From Eledone cirrhosa (Eukaryota), in assembly GCA_964016885.1 (NCBI GenBank), contig OZ024742.1:146382001-146446000 (forward strand): a DNA stretch of 64,000 nt, in the 5' to 3' direction. The position numbers and the translations under genes are program-made. The notes beneath the pieces are model-generated. The model was given only the letters and a program-made list of their open reading frames with translations, was not told where the DNA came from and searched no databases. Positions 28,213 to 43,063 of the stretch are shown in pieces. Every line of letters begins with the position of its first letter. The stretch's first letter is position 1.

Positions 28213-29515
28213 GTCTTGATAAGTCTTGTGAAAGATGAAAGTGTGAGATTTAAATTATATTCTTTTATCTAAGTGATAAACAGTGTTTTATTGCTTCTGA
28301 CAATGACACTTTGTTGATATATATATATTATATATATATATAATATACATATAAATATCAAAAGTCATGAGTTTATGACATGTGCATGTTGTTCATATGG
28401 CTGGTATCATTCTGGATATGGATTTGGGCACTAAATAGTAATATAAGTATTTTTTTCCATAGATAATCATATTTTTTGTTCAGGATTCTGTATAATATAG
28501 GTGTATTGTTTGTTAATATTTTCCTACCCTTGTTTTGTAGTGTGTTGGAATTGCTCCTAGTTGCAAATGCATGGTGAGCATTAGAGTATTGTATTTGTAT
28601 GGCTAATATAACACTTGGCTTCATGAAGTTTACAACTTTCATTTTTGTAGTCAAACTTGTATTGGTCATTTGTAGCTTGTTCTTGGGTTTGAATGCTTTC
28701 AGTTTTTTGTTAATAGAAAATTGATTATGGAAAGAATACTTATATCACAATTTATTACCAAAATCAATATTGAATATGGCACTAGCCATACAAACACCAT
28801 ACACACAACAAGAACATGTGACCTGTAATGTGTGAGTCTAATGGTTAAGTTTAAGATTCAAAATTAAGTAGGAAAATTACAAAATAATGGCAAAGGAAAA
28901 ACTATAAAATGTTCATGGTAAGGTATGGACCTGTAACTTCTGAGGAAGTCATAGGGGCTCCTTAATGACATATGGTATTCCTTAGTGCATGTTCATAAAA
29001 CTTAGTGGAGCCCATCTCATCCCCAAGCCTGAGTACAGCAGATTTCTTTTCCAGAAAGGATAGAGAGTGATAGAAGTGAAGTGAGGAAGAGATATAGATG
29101 AAGACCCAACCCCGCTACTAGAATGGTATTGACCTCAAATGGATGAAAGGCAAAAGGATTTGAACTGAAAGAGCAGAGGACCGAAACAAATACCATCAAG
29201 CACTTTATATGACTTTGAGTTTCCAAAAAATTCAATAAAAGAGGCAATAAAAAAAAATCCTCAACACTCCTTAAGATGTGACTATAGGGTCTGGAGACAT
29301 TGATAATTTATGGACCTAGGAACTGTGTAGGCCATATTAGAAAATGGGAGAAGATTCTGATAAGGAAATTGAATATGGAAGTGTCTTTAATAACACTGCG
29401 TCTTGTATAAAAGAGCTATTCCCTATATATATATAAATAGTGGCATATATATATATATAGTGGGTTATATCCTCAGTAGTAGAGCACTCAGTTCATGGGA
29501 CGAGTTTGATAGAAA

Positions 29516-29654
29516 TAGTTCCACAACAGTTAGTAAACCATTTCTGAGAACAATTTGTTTTACCTTAATGGATCATCATCTTGGTTTGAGCTGATGATCC
29601 ATTAAGGTGAAACAAATTGTCATCAGAAATGATTTACTAACTGTTGTGGAACTA
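29516..29654. repeat. 63-bp-arm inverted repeat centred on a hammerhead
   Basis: Arms 29516-29578 and 29592-29654, 13-nt spacer. Confidence 0.9.
29585..29627 (+). ncRNA. Type I hammerhead ribozyme
   Basis: tttgag CTGATGA t cc-attaa-gg t GAAA caaattg TC atcaga; the other arm supplies ctcaga, which restores stem I. Confidence 0.7.
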
Positions 29655-29932
29655 CTTATATATATATGTATATGAATTGAAAGGGACAAGGCTGTGTGGT
29701 TGCTAAAAGCGAGTGTTGAGAAAGTAAAGGAAACACAAACATACAGATAGACATTTCCCCTCATCAGTTGTCTGCTGCAGGTTTCAGATGTTTAGGCACA
29801 TTAAAGACAATACCTCTATCTGCAGTGTGATAATAACTTATTTTATATATATATAGAGAGAGGGGGGGAGAAATATATATATATAGATATTTGTATATAT
29901 ATATGCATATATATGTACATACACACACAAGC

Positions 29933-30025
<93 letters not shown>

Positions 30026-30249
30026 TGTGTATGTAATTCTTAGTGGTTTGGGATATTTTTCAAGTGGATTATCATAATAGTTAGAGGATCAACAAACTAC
30101 CTTGAGATATTTGTTCTGGATAATTCCATTCTGAGATCAAATCCTGCCTACTCAGATCAACTTTTCATCATTCCTGGTTTATTAAAAGAAATTACTTAGC
30201 ATTTACTTAGCATCCAATTTAAACTGAATCTACATATAATTTATTAGTG

Positions 30250-30430
30250 GAAGGAAGATGCAGTAGAGAAGACCATGGAAAACATAGGTGAAGGTGGTGA
30301 TCACTGACCTCAGATCGCTTAAGCTCACAGAGGAGGTGACAAAGGACCATGACGAGTGGAGGGCTGTTGTGCTGAAGAGGGCGCGTCCCACCCTTGCAAG
30401 CAGGGAAAAGTGGATGTAAAATGATGATGA
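30250..30430 (+). mobile_element. RTE LINE extreme 3' end
   Basis: GRP-like agaagaccatggaaaacatagg...; ends cccacccttgcaagcagggaaaagtggatgtaaa(ATG)n. Confidence 0.7.
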
Positions 30431-30763
30431 AACTCTCTCAAACCACAAACTGGTTTTAACCATGTGGCACCAATGACACATCTGTCATATATGACACACC
30501 TGTCAGAGTACAGTTTAGACCCAAAGGTGTTTTGAAAGTGGCCAACCAATAATGGAGACACCTATAATACAAAACTTATTAAGTTGGAGTATATTGCCAT
30601 CACATCAATATCATCTAGCTGTAAGGGTGGTAGATTAGCAGAATTATAGTGTCAGATAAAATGACATTGCAGTGTTTGTTCTGGCTCTTTGCATTATGGG
30701 TTCAAATCCTACAGTAATCCACTTTGCTTTTCATCCAAAAGAGAAATGATGCAAGTACAATCC

Positions 30764-31343
30764 ATTAGATGTGTAATGTTAGTGAACATGAACGATGAAA
30801 TATGGGTGAAAGGAAAACTGGATATTAGAAGATTTAGATGAAGTGTACAAGAGAGAAGATGGTATGGACATGTAATTCATATGGATGTTGATTGTTGGGT
30901 GAAGTAGTTCTAAGTAATCCAATTGGAGTGAAGATGCAATAAAGTAGCCTGAAAGAAGTCTTGGGCTGAAGTAGTAAGAACAGATCTCAAATCACAGAAA
31001 TTTACAGACATCCCAAAGAAACATGAGTGGAGGGAAGCCGTGTTAGCAAGGTTTGGACAAGTCTTTTCAAACACAGCTTCCCTCCACTCATGTTTCTTTA
31101 TCATGTCTGAAAATTTCTGTGATTTGAGATCTGTTCTTACTACTTCAACCCAAGACTTCTTTCAGGCTACTTTATTGCATCTTCTTTCCAATTGGATCAC
31201 TTAGAACTTCTTCACCCAACAATCAGCATCCATATGCATTACATGTCCATACCATTAATATCCTCTCTCTTGCACACTTCATATAATTCTTCTAATATCC
31301 AGTTTTTCTTTCTCCCATGTTTCATCGTTCATGTACACTAACA
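30764..31343. repeat. ~280-bp-arm fold-back palindrome of an RTE 3' fragment
   Basis: Arms 30764-31045 and 31071-31343, ~25-nt spacer; contains WYGHV-like agatggtatggacatg. Confidence 0.9.
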
Positions 31344-31358
31344 TTACACAATTACACA

Positions 31359-31396
<38 letters not shown>

Positions 31397-31601
31397 CAGC
31401 TCTAGCTGTCGAAACAGCCGGAGCTCAGCCATTGGGGTCCTCACTCTTTTCATATTACCCACACTACTACCCTAAGTATTGAGTACCCTGGTCTGTTATG
31501 GTCCACCTGGGATCTTATCATAACCCCTTTGTTATATATGTATATACACACATATATATATATACGTATATACACACACACATATATATCTATCTATCTA
31601 T

Positions 31602-32040
31602 CTAAGGCGGGTAAAATTCCCGAGATCCATGGACGAGTTCTCTCCAGCGGTCTCTGTCCCTCATTATCGCTGCCATGTCCTGCATCTCCAACAGACCAGT
31701 GTCTGTCCTTAGGGCATCAACATACGTTAACCTTGGTCTTCCTCTTCTAGTGTGTCCATGTAGGGGCTCCCAAAGGAGTACTGAGTGCAATGTCAACTCT
31801 GGATGTTGGTGAGCATGTCCAGCTAACCTCAGTCTCCTCTGTGTCACTTTTGAGCTGACTTTTGGGATGCTCCCATACAGCTCTGAGTTTTTCATCCTCA
31901 GTGTATACTGATTAATGTTCAGAGCCATCCTCAGCATTCTCGTGTAGCACCCATCCACCATCTGAGTGAGTTTCTTGGTCAGTGTCCAAGTCTCAGACCC
32001 ATACAGCAGCACAGACTCCACTACAGCAATGAGACCTGAA
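31602..32040 (-). mobile_element. RTE-clade LINE 3' fragment
   Basis: VESVLLYGSETWTLT...RRLRLAGH...WEP..RRGRPRLTY in an open frame. Confidence 0.9.
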
Positions 32041-32097
32041 AATCCACACATATATATATACATATATATACACATACACACATACACGCATATATAT

Positions 32098-32423
32098 CAT
32101 CATCATTTTACGTCCACCTTTTCCCTGCTTGTAAGGGTGGGACAGGAACTGATTCTGGCTTGATTTCTACAGCTGGATGCCCTTCCTAACACCAACCTCA
32201 TTTACTGTGAGTGCTGGGTGCTTTTTTACTGTGGCGCCTACACGACCACTTTACAGTGGAATGATAGGGACCCCAGTCCCTATCATCTCATTTCTACAGC
32301 TGAGTAAACTGGAGCAATGTGAAATAAAGTGTCTTGCTCAAGGACACAACACATCACCTGGTCTGACAATTGAACTCACAACCTTTCGATTGCAAGGCCA
32401 ATAACCACTAAGCCATGTGCCTC
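32098..32423 (-). mobile_element. Young SINE family B, full length
   Basis: Minus strand: tRNA-like head ggcacatggcttagtgg, core gtgtccttgagcaagacactttatttcac, RTE-type tail and (ATG)n. Confidence 0.85.
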
Positions 32424-32612
32424 CATATATACATATATATACACACACATATATATATATACACACACATATACATATATATACATATATATACATATAT
32501 ATACACACACACACACATATATATATTTATATTTATATATATACATACATATTTATGTATATATATATATATATACATATTTATATACATATATATATAT
32601 ATATATATTTAT

Positions 32613-32854
32613 TTCCTTGAGCAAGACACTTTATTTCACATTGCTCCAGTTTACTCAGCTGTAGAAATGAGATGATAGGGACTGGGGTCCCTATCATTCC
32701 ACTGCAAAGTGGTCGTGGACATGCCATGGCAAAAAGCACCCAGCACTCACTGTAAATGAGGTTGGTGTTAAGAAGGGCATCCAGCTGTAGAAATCAAGCC
32801 AGAATCAGTTCCCGTCCCACCCTTGCAAGCAGGGAAAAGTGGACGTAAAATGAT
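32613..32854 (+). mobile_element. SINE family B, 5'-truncated, inverted relative to 32098-32423
   Basis: Near-perfect reverse complement of 32102-32343. Confidence 0.85.
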
Positions 32855-33368
32855 ATATATATTATATATATATATATATATATTAATTATTCATATATGT
32901 ACACACAAATACAAAAATTCCCAATTCATCAAGTATTATGATATACACATAGGAGTGAATTGAAGCACACATAGAGGTCCTTACATATAGAGTACGGAAG
33001 GGTGTAGAGTAATAAATGCATGATGTTTTATAAGAAAGAATGAATGAGATATAAACCGAGTATGTATGTGAGATAAAGGAATGAAACAATAGTGACAATA
33101 CTTTAGAAAATACACTTAAGTAGTAAAATATATATGTGGTGGCTTAAATGAATTATTCAATATGAAAACATGCAACTGTACATTGTTAGAACAAAATACC
33201 TATTTGAAAAAGAAATTATTGATTTATATATTTTATTATAAAAACATTTAAATTATTAATATAAAACCTAGTCTTGAATATCTTGATTAAATATGTCATT
33301 AAAATGTGAATAAGAAAATATAAGAATATATTTAGTGAAAATGAAGTGAAAATTGGACACAGAAATAA

Positions 33369-33407
<39 letters not shown>

Positions 33408-33799
33408 GATATATATATATTGATGATGATGATGATACACACACATGCATACATACATACATACATATATATTTACAGACACACATACACATGTGTGTAT
33501 GTGCATGTATGCACATACATACATACGTTCATACATACATATGTATGAACATACATACGTACATATGTATGTACATATGTGTGTGCATAGGTGCACATAC
33601 ACACATGTGTATGTGTGTGTATGTGTATAAATATATAGGCCAGTTTTAGAACTGCTACTCCATTATGCAGTGGTAGCCATAAATGGACCCTGAAACCTAA
33701 GGTCGTGTATACATGTTAAGTGCATGAACTTTAACATAAACTATATAATATATATATATATATATATTTCTTGTACACTATTCACTTTATATATATATA

Positions 33800-33870
<71 letters not shown>

Positions 33871-33875
<5 letters not shown>

Positions 33876-34065
33876 AACAAGTAAGACCCCGACGGCTGAG
33901 CTCAAGCCGTTTCGACGGCTAATTCAGTCCAGAATTAGCCGTCGAAACGGCTTGAGCTCAGCCGTCGGGGTCTTACTTGTTCCTATTACCCACTCTACTA
34001 CCCTAAGTATTGAGTACTTTGGTGCGTTATGGTCCACTTGGTTCCTTACCACATTTCCTTCGTTA
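33871..34065 (+). mobile_element. Penelope terminal-repeat fragment with a perfect 55-bp-arm hairpin, inserted in (TA)n
   Basis: Arms 33871-33925 and 33932-33986; matches the reverse complement of 44712-44850. Confidence 0.9.
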
Positions 34066-34079
34066 TATATATATCATTT

Positions 34080-34349
34080 CATCATCATTTCATTTTACGT
34101 CCGCCTTTTCCCTGCTTGCAAGGGTGGGACGGGAACTGATTTTGGCTTGATTTTTACAGCTGGATGCCCTTCCTAACACCAACCTCATTTACAGTGAGTG
34201 CTGGGTGCTTTTTTGCCGTATCACCTGCACGACCACTTTGCAGTGGAATGATATGGACCCCAGTCCCTATCATCTCATTTCTACAGCTGAGTAAACTGGA
34301 GCAATGTGAAATAAAGTGTCTTGCTCAAGGAAACAACACATCACCCGGT

Positions 34350-34351
<2 letters not shown>
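34080..34351 (-). mobile_element. SINE family B copy
   Basis: Near-identical to 32100-32362. Confidence 0.85.
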
Positions 34352-34414
<63 letters not shown>

Positions 34415-34415
34415 T

Positions 34416-34476
<61 letters not shown>

Positions 34477-34523
34477 ATATATATAGATATATATATATGT
34501 ATGTATATATATATGTATACCAC

Positions 34524-34564
<41 letters not shown>

Positions 34565-34871
34565 GTAGACAAAAGTATGTGGAAAAAACAGGGTAGTCAG
34601 CAGTGAAAGAAAGACCAGTTAGCAATTAATGTAGTAATGTAGTAAAGGATTTCTTCCAAAGATATTGAAGATAGAGTGAAGTCACTTGAGCTTTTTCTCT
34701 TGCTCGCTCTGTCTCTTTCTCTCACTCAGATATTATAGATAGAGTGAAATCACTTGAGCTTTGTCACTAATAGGCTTTCTACTTCTCACATTCCCTTTCT
34801 TTCTCACTCAGATATTGTAGATATAGTGAAGTCACTTGAGCTTTGTCACTAATAGGCTTTCTACTAATTCT

Positions 34872-34919
<48 letters not shown>

Positions 34920-35086
34920 CTCTCTCTCTTTCACACACACATATTTTTCTCTCTCTCCACCTCTTCTCATCTCTCTTTCTTTCTCTCTCTCCTGCAATAG
35001 CTGAAACACCAACATAATAGAAATACACTCGTTTCAGTTGAATCACTTCTTCCTTTTAAATAAATCAATATTTCCCAATGCTAATA

Positions 35087-35149
<63 letters not shown>

Positions 35150-35252
35150 GAAGATTGAGAGAGTGATTGATTGACAGAGAGAGAGAGAGAGAGAGAGATG
35201 GTGAAAGAGGAATATAGTAACAACAATATTTTTCAATACTAATACTATGTTT

Positions 35253-35287
<35 letters not shown>

Positions 35288-35292
<5 letters not shown>

Positions 35293-35414
35293 TCTACTTT
35301 AGGCACAAGGCCAGCAATTACCCAGTGTATTACTGGTACTTTATTTTATCGACCCCGTAAGGATGAAAGACAAAGTTAACCTCGGCGGGATTTGAACTCA
35401 GACCGTAAAGGGAC

Positions 35415-35415
<1 letters not shown>
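35288..35415 (-). mobile_element. SINE family A, 5'-truncated, within (TA)n
   Basis: Reverse complement of the family A body and tail. Confidence 0.85.
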
Positions 35416-35480
<65 letters not shown>

Positions 35481-35491
35481 CAGAGTAAGTG

Positions 35492-35540
<49 letters not shown>

Positions 35541-35699
35541 AGAGAGAGAGAAGAACATAGTAACAACAACAATAGTACACTGATGGTGATACAATTATTA
35601 ATAATAACAATGATAATTTCTTTAGTTGTCATGAGGGCACTGAAAAGAACTTTACTATTGCAAAGCATTTCAGCACACAAAAAAAAAAATAATAATAAC

Positions 35700-35748
<49 letters not shown>

Positions 35749-35978
35749 ACAACAACAGCAATAATAATAATATTTGCAGTAATGATGAAAAAAAGAGAGA
35801 TAAATGCAGTTTGCATTTTTACTGAAACCTGCAGTGATTATTTCAACAGATATTGCTAGATTTTCTCTGAATGTCATTTAAATAATATTTACTTTTCTGT
35901 TTCTGCTACTAAGCTGCTTAGAATAGCTGAAATTCTTTAATTAGGATATGTGATAAGGGTCTTACTAATGCCGGGTGC

Positions 35979-36023
<45 letters not shown>

Positions 36024-36104
36024 GATATATAGACACCCTAGGAATTCTGGGAGGATTTTTTGATTGCAAAGGGAGAGGCCCTTTTTAAATTTATTATTAT
36101 TATT

Positions 36105-36389
36105 GAGTTCAAATTATTGCCATTCTCAGTTCAAATCCCACTGAGGTTAACTTTGCCTTTCATCCTTACGGCGTCGATAAAATAAAGTACCAGTAATGTA
36201 CTGGGATAATTGCTGGCCTTGTGCCTAAAGTAGAAACAATTATTATTATTGAGTTCAAATCCTGCCAACATCAGCCTTGCCTTTTATTCTTATGAGGTCA
36301 ATAAAATAAAGTATCAGAAACATACTGGGGTCAATTTAATCGACTCTTTCCCCTCTTCCAAAATTGCTGGCCTTGTGCCAATAGTAGAA

Positions 36390-36432
<43 letters not shown>
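36105..36432 (+). mobile_element. Chain of family A-type SINE fragments separated by (ATT)n
   Basis: gagttcaaat starts at ~36104, ~36128 and ~36251; the units are separated and ended by (ATT)n. Confidence 0.75.
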
Positions 36433-36434
<2 letters not shown>

Positions 36435-37463
36435 TTTGTCTAGTTGGAGTCAGTATATAAAATAAGTAATTTTGGAAAATAAAAAGCAAATATTGAGGTA
36501 TGTTAATGTGCCTTAAAGAATACGAATATATATCTAGGATTTCAAGAAATAAAACCCTTCGTTGGAAAGACCTATACACATACATATATCTAGTATATCA
36601 AATCATATCTTACATTGAAAAACATATATAGATATATCTAACATATTAATTCAAACCTTTTTTTGAGGAAAAAGTGTATAAATATATCTAGCATATCAAC
36701 TCAACACTTTATTGGAAAAACTATAGACATATATCTAGCACTTAACAGTTCGACAAAAGAGATTGATAAAATAAGTGCCAGGCTTGAAAAAAAAAAAAAA
36801 AATACTGGGGTTGACATAATTGAGTAAAATCCTTTAAGGTAATGATGGCCCAGTATGGCCATAGTCTAATAACTGACCCCCCAGTAAAAAAAAGTATGCT
36901 CTCCATTGGAAAAAACAAAACAAACCTTAATCATATAGTTTGGTATGTTTTCTTTTTGTTTTTTGTTTTTATAGAGCTAAATCTAGATGGTAATAATGTA
37001 CTTTTTGGTAAACGTAGTGTATCATAGAAGAGAGAAAGAAAACAGAAAATATTGATAACTATTAGAATTAAAAACTGTGGGTAAAATAAAATAAATTCTG
37101 TCATGTCAAATATCTAGTATGACAGCCACTACAATAACCACTCTGCTACTAATCAAAGTGAAAGTAGAAAAACTAAAAAACTAATATGAAGAAATCAAGG
37201 TTTATAAAAAAAAATAATTCTTCAGCAAAATATGAGGGGCGGGTGAAAAAAAAACTTTATTAAATATTTCAATAATTACCAATTTTTAAAAAAATTGCTC
37301 CTATTACAATTATATTTATTGTTAGCTGAAAATTGTATTTAAAATGTTTGTTTATTTTTTATAGATTTTGAATCTAGAACGAATTTCTGAGATGTGATGT
37401 TTCTAATTACTACAATATATTAATACATATTGATTACTATTATAATTTATAATTTGAGCTTTA

Positions 37464-37505
<42 letters not shown>

Positions 37506-37602
37506 TTATTACTATTATTTGTAGTCACTTCCGTAGGGAGATATGCTATATATGTATGTATAGAGGTATGTATATATATACACACACGTGCACACACATG
37601 CG

Positions 37603-37669
<67 letters not shown>

Positions 37670-37750
37670 CCCTTGCTAGTAGAGTAAGCGGACTTAAAAT
37701 GATGATGATAATAATGATATATATATATATACATATATACATATATATAT

Positions 37751-37796
<46 letters not shown>

Positions 37797-37954
37797 AAAG
37801 AGATGAAATCGAAAATGCAACTGGAGTCTTATTTTTTTTTAAAATATATATATTTATTTGGTTCCTTTACCGGTTTCGCAGTTCTTCTGCTTTTCAAAAG
37901 GTAAGTTGAGATGGAGGGTCTGTGGTTTTTCTCACATCATATATATATATATAT

Positions 37955-38043
<89 letters not shown>

Positions 38044-38200
38044 TACATATATATATATATAGTTTTAATATTCCTGATGATTTCTAATGAATGAAACTGT
38101 TCTAGTCCTGTAGAATCTCATCTATATTAAAACTGTTATACTCTGCTATGTATTGAGTACCTTACTTACTGTGGTTACCTCCGATTCAACCCGGAATAAC

Positions 38201-38888
<688 letters not shown>

Positions 38889-39174
38889 GCTGAATGAAAC
38901 AAGATAAGGGGAAATAGTATTTATGGAGATAACATTTTGTGAGTGCATGATAAATTGTAGAAGGCAGTGAACAGCAGAGATGCAAAAAACATGCAGAAAA
39001 TACACAGCTGTATAGAGATTGAGGTCTTATAAAAGCAATAAAAACATCATTTATTCGCTTAATTCCTCTTTTGTTTTTCAGTCATTTTAATACATATAGT
39101 ACCTCCAATTAAGTACTGACTAGATCTGTGACAGCCCGTACAACTCTTGCTAGCAGCGAAACCAGACATGAAAC

Positions 39175-39229
39175 GATGCTGATGATGATATATACATACA
39201 GATAGACAGTGCTAATATATATAAGACAT

Positions 39230-39266
<37 letters not shown>

Positions 39267-39344
39267 ACAGGGGTAAATATATATATATATATGCTGATGA
39301 TGATATATACATACAGATAGACAGTGCTAATATATATAAGACAT

Positions 39345-39390
<46 letters not shown>

Positions 39391-39585
39391 GACACAGGGG
39401 TAAATATATATATATATATATGCTGATGATGATATATACATACAGATAGACAGTGCTAATATATATAAGACATAGGGAGATATATATATATATATATATA
39501 TGACACAGGGGTAAATATATATATATATATGCTGATGATGATATATACATACAGATAGACAGTGCTAATATATATAAGACATAGG

Positions 39586-39631
<46 letters not shown>

Positions 39632-39670
39632 TATGACACAGGGGTAAATATATATATATATATATATAGT
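39175..39670. repeat. ~115-125-bp tandem repeat containing variable (TA)n, about 4 copies
   Basis: gctgatgatgatatatacatacagatagacagtgctaat recurs at ~39178, 39293, 39422 and 39531. Confidence 0.9.
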
Positions 39671-39949
39671 ACAGGTGTAAAAAAAATATACATATGGATA
39701 TGATGTTGCCAATTAAAGATCAGTGAGAGCATTGTTGAACTTAATATTCCATACTTTAAAGAAATTACAGTGTAGATATTATTTAATACTTTAATACAGT
39801 GATGCTCCAACTGTTTAGATGCTTGAATGGCATTCAAACATCAAAGTAGTTTAAGCTTAACATGCATTAAATAATGAATAAATAAATTTATATACACACA
39901 CACACAAAATGTTAAAGATTTATATATATTTGTATATATTTATATATAT

Positions 39950-40005
39950 ACACATATATTTATATTTATTTATATATATACACAGGAGTACAAATATAAA
40001 TGCAC

Positions 40006-40039
<34 letters not shown>

Positions 40040-40094
40040 ATATATATTTTATATTTATTTATATATATACACAGGAGTACAAATATAAATGCAC

Positions 40095-40128
<34 letters not shown>

Positions 40129-40183
40129 ATATATATTTTATATTTATTTATATATATACACAGGAGTACAAATATAAATGCAC

Positions 40184-40219
<36 letters not shown>

Positions 40220-40523
40220 ATATATATTTTATATTTATTTATATATATACACAGGAGTACAAATATAAATGCACATATATATATATATATGTGTGTGTGT
40301 GTATATATTTTATATTTATTTATATATATACACAGGAGTACAAATATAAATGCACATATATATATATATATATATGTGTGTGTGTATATATATTTTATAT
40401 TTATTTATATATATACACAGGAGTACAAATATAAATGCACATATATATATATATATATGTGTGTGTGTGTATATATTTTATATTTATTTATATATATACA
40501 CAGGAGTACAAATATAAATGCAC

Positions 40524-40559
<36 letters not shown>

Positions 40560-40560
40560 A
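39950..40560. repeat. ~85-90-bp tandem repeat, about 7 copies
   Basis: cacaggagtacaaatataaatgcacat recurs, with variable TA/TG tracts. Confidence 0.9.
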
Positions 40561-40720
40561 TATGTATACATGTATATATGTGTGTATAGGAATATGTATA
40601 TATATATATATATGTATATATGTGTGTATATATATATGTATATGTGTGTATATATATATAAGGTATATGTATATGTGTGTATATATATATGTATATGTGT
40701 GTGTATATATATATATGTAT

Positions 40721-40840
40721 ATAGGAACGAGTAGGACCCCGACGGCTGAGCTCAAGCCGTTTCGACGGCTAATTCTGGACAGTATTGAGTACTTTGGTGC
40801 GTTATGGTCCACCTGGTTCCTTACCACATTTCCTTCGTTA
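40721..40840. mobile_element. Penelope terminal-repeat fragment with inversion junction
   Basis: 40721-40780 is antisense terminal repeat, joined to the sense 3' end agtattgagtactttggtgcg...cgtta, within (TA)n. Confidence 0.85.
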
Positions 40841-40984
<144 letters not shown>

Positions 40985-41005
40985 TAGATAGATAGATAGT
41001 TACAG

Positions 41006-41038
<33 letters not shown>

Positions 41039-41049
41039 ATATATATATG

Positions 41050-41085
<36 letters not shown>

Positions 41086-41110
41086 TAGATAGATAGATAG
41101 ATAGTTACAG

Positions 41111-41143
<33 letters not shown>

Positions 41144-41154
41144 ATATATATATG

Positions 41155-41192
<38 letters not shown>

Positions 41193-41263
41193 TAGATAGA
41201 TAGATAGATAGTTACAGTATATATACACATATATATATATATGTGTGTGTGTGTGTGTATATA

Positions 41264-41327
<64 letters not shown>

Positions 41328-41360
41328 TAGATAGATAGATAGATAGATAGATAGTTACAG

Positions 41361-41390
<30 letters not shown>

Positions 41391-41391
<1 letters not shown>

Positions 41392-41568
41392 GAAAAGTTT
41401 GCAGGCTGACTAAGAAGGAGTGATGCTAACACAGTGAAATCTTGCATGCATTAACTCTTCTTATTAATAACTGCATTGTTTTTTTTTTTCCCGGGGAACT
41501 ATGTTAAAAATATAAACCTCATTTGATCATTCCATGAGAGTATCTTTGTCAGTCTATGAACTTTTCAG
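41391..41568. mobile_element. Tc1/mariner-type MITE
   Basis: Imperfect TIRs tgaaaagtttgcaggctgac / gtcagtctatgaacttttca, flanked by TA runs. Confidence 0.55.
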
Positions 41569-41789
41569 CGGAGCAATATATATATAAAGAGGGAGAGAGT
41601 GAAAGAGACAGAAAGGGGGTAAATATATAAATATGTATAGAATACCTTGGGTGTAAGAAATAGAAATATCTTCAGATTGGAAGGTAGGTGTAGAATATTT
41701 GGTTGCAAGAACACTCCACAAGAGTTTGAAATCCCTACAGTAACTGTAGTTCTTGCTTCTGCAGATATAATCCATAACACTGACAGTAA

Positions 41790-42854
41790 TTGAACTGGCA
41801 GCAGCAGTAGCAGCACTACCACCAGCAGTAGCACTACCAGCAGCAGTTACAGCAGTAGCAGTATCAATAGCAGCGGCAGTAACAGCAGTAGCAGCAGTAG
41901 CACCACTACCAGCAGCAGTACCAGCAGTAGCAGTAACAGCAGTAGCAGTATCAATAGCAGCGGCAGTAACAGCAGTAGCAGCAGTAGCACCACTACCAGC
42001 AGTAACACCACTACCAGCAGCAGTATCAGCAGTAGCAGTATCAATAGCAGCAGCAGTAACAGCAGCAGCAGTAGCACCACTACCAGCAGCAGTAGCACCA
42101 CTACCAGCAGCAGTAGCAGCAGTAGCAGTTACAGCAGTAGCAGTATCAATAGCAGCAGCAGTAACAGCAGCAGCAGTAGCACCACTACCAGCAGCAGTAG
42201 CACCACTACCAGCAGCAGTAGCACCACTACCAGCAGCAGTAGCAGCAGTAGCAGTTACAGCAGTAGCAGTATCAATAGCAGCAGCAGTAACAGCAGTAGC
42301 AGCAGTAGCACCACTACCAGCAGTAACACCACTACCAGCAGCAGTAGCAGCAGTAGCAGTATCAATAGCAGCAGCAGTAACAGCAGCAGCAGTAGCACCA
42401 CTACCAGCAGCAGTATCAATACCAGCAGCAGTAACAGCAGCAGTAGCACTACCAGCAGCAGTAACAGCAGCAGCAGTAACAGCAGTAGCAGTAACAGCAG
42501 TAGCAGTAGCACCACTACCAGCAGCAGCAGCAGCAGCAGCAGTAGCACTACCAGCAGCAGTATCAATACCAGCAGCAGTAACAGCAGTAGCACCACTACC
42601 AGCAGCAGTAGCACTACCAGCAGCAGCAACAGCAGCAACAGCAGTCACAGGAGTAGCAGTAGCACTACCAGTAACAGCAGTAGTAGTAGCACTACCAGTG
42701 GCAGCAGCGGCACCAGTAGTAGTAGTAGTGGTGGTGGTGGTATTGATGGTGGTGGTGGTGGTGATGGTGGTGGTGGTGGTGGTGGTGGTGGTGGTGGTGG
42801 TGGTGGTGGTGGTGGTGGTGATGGTGGTATTGATGGTGGTGGTGGTGGTGGTTG

Positions 42855-42898
<44 letters not shown>

Positions 42899-43009
42899 CC
42901 ACCAGTAGTAGTAGTAGTAGTGTTGGTGGCAGTGGTAGTAGTAGTAGTAGTACCACGAGTAGTAGTAGTAGTACCACCAGCAATAGTAGTAGTAGTGTTG
43001 TTGGCAGTG

Positions 43010-43063
<54 letters not shown>

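Noticed and set aside
28373-28669. 98-aa minus-strand ORF
   Set aside because: No recognisable motif; possibly a decayed retroelement, but not assignable
37881-37906. 19-nt plus-strand micro-exon (cgcag|...AAG|GTAAGT)
   Set aside because: Good splice-like signals, but no supporting neighbouring exons; could occur by chance
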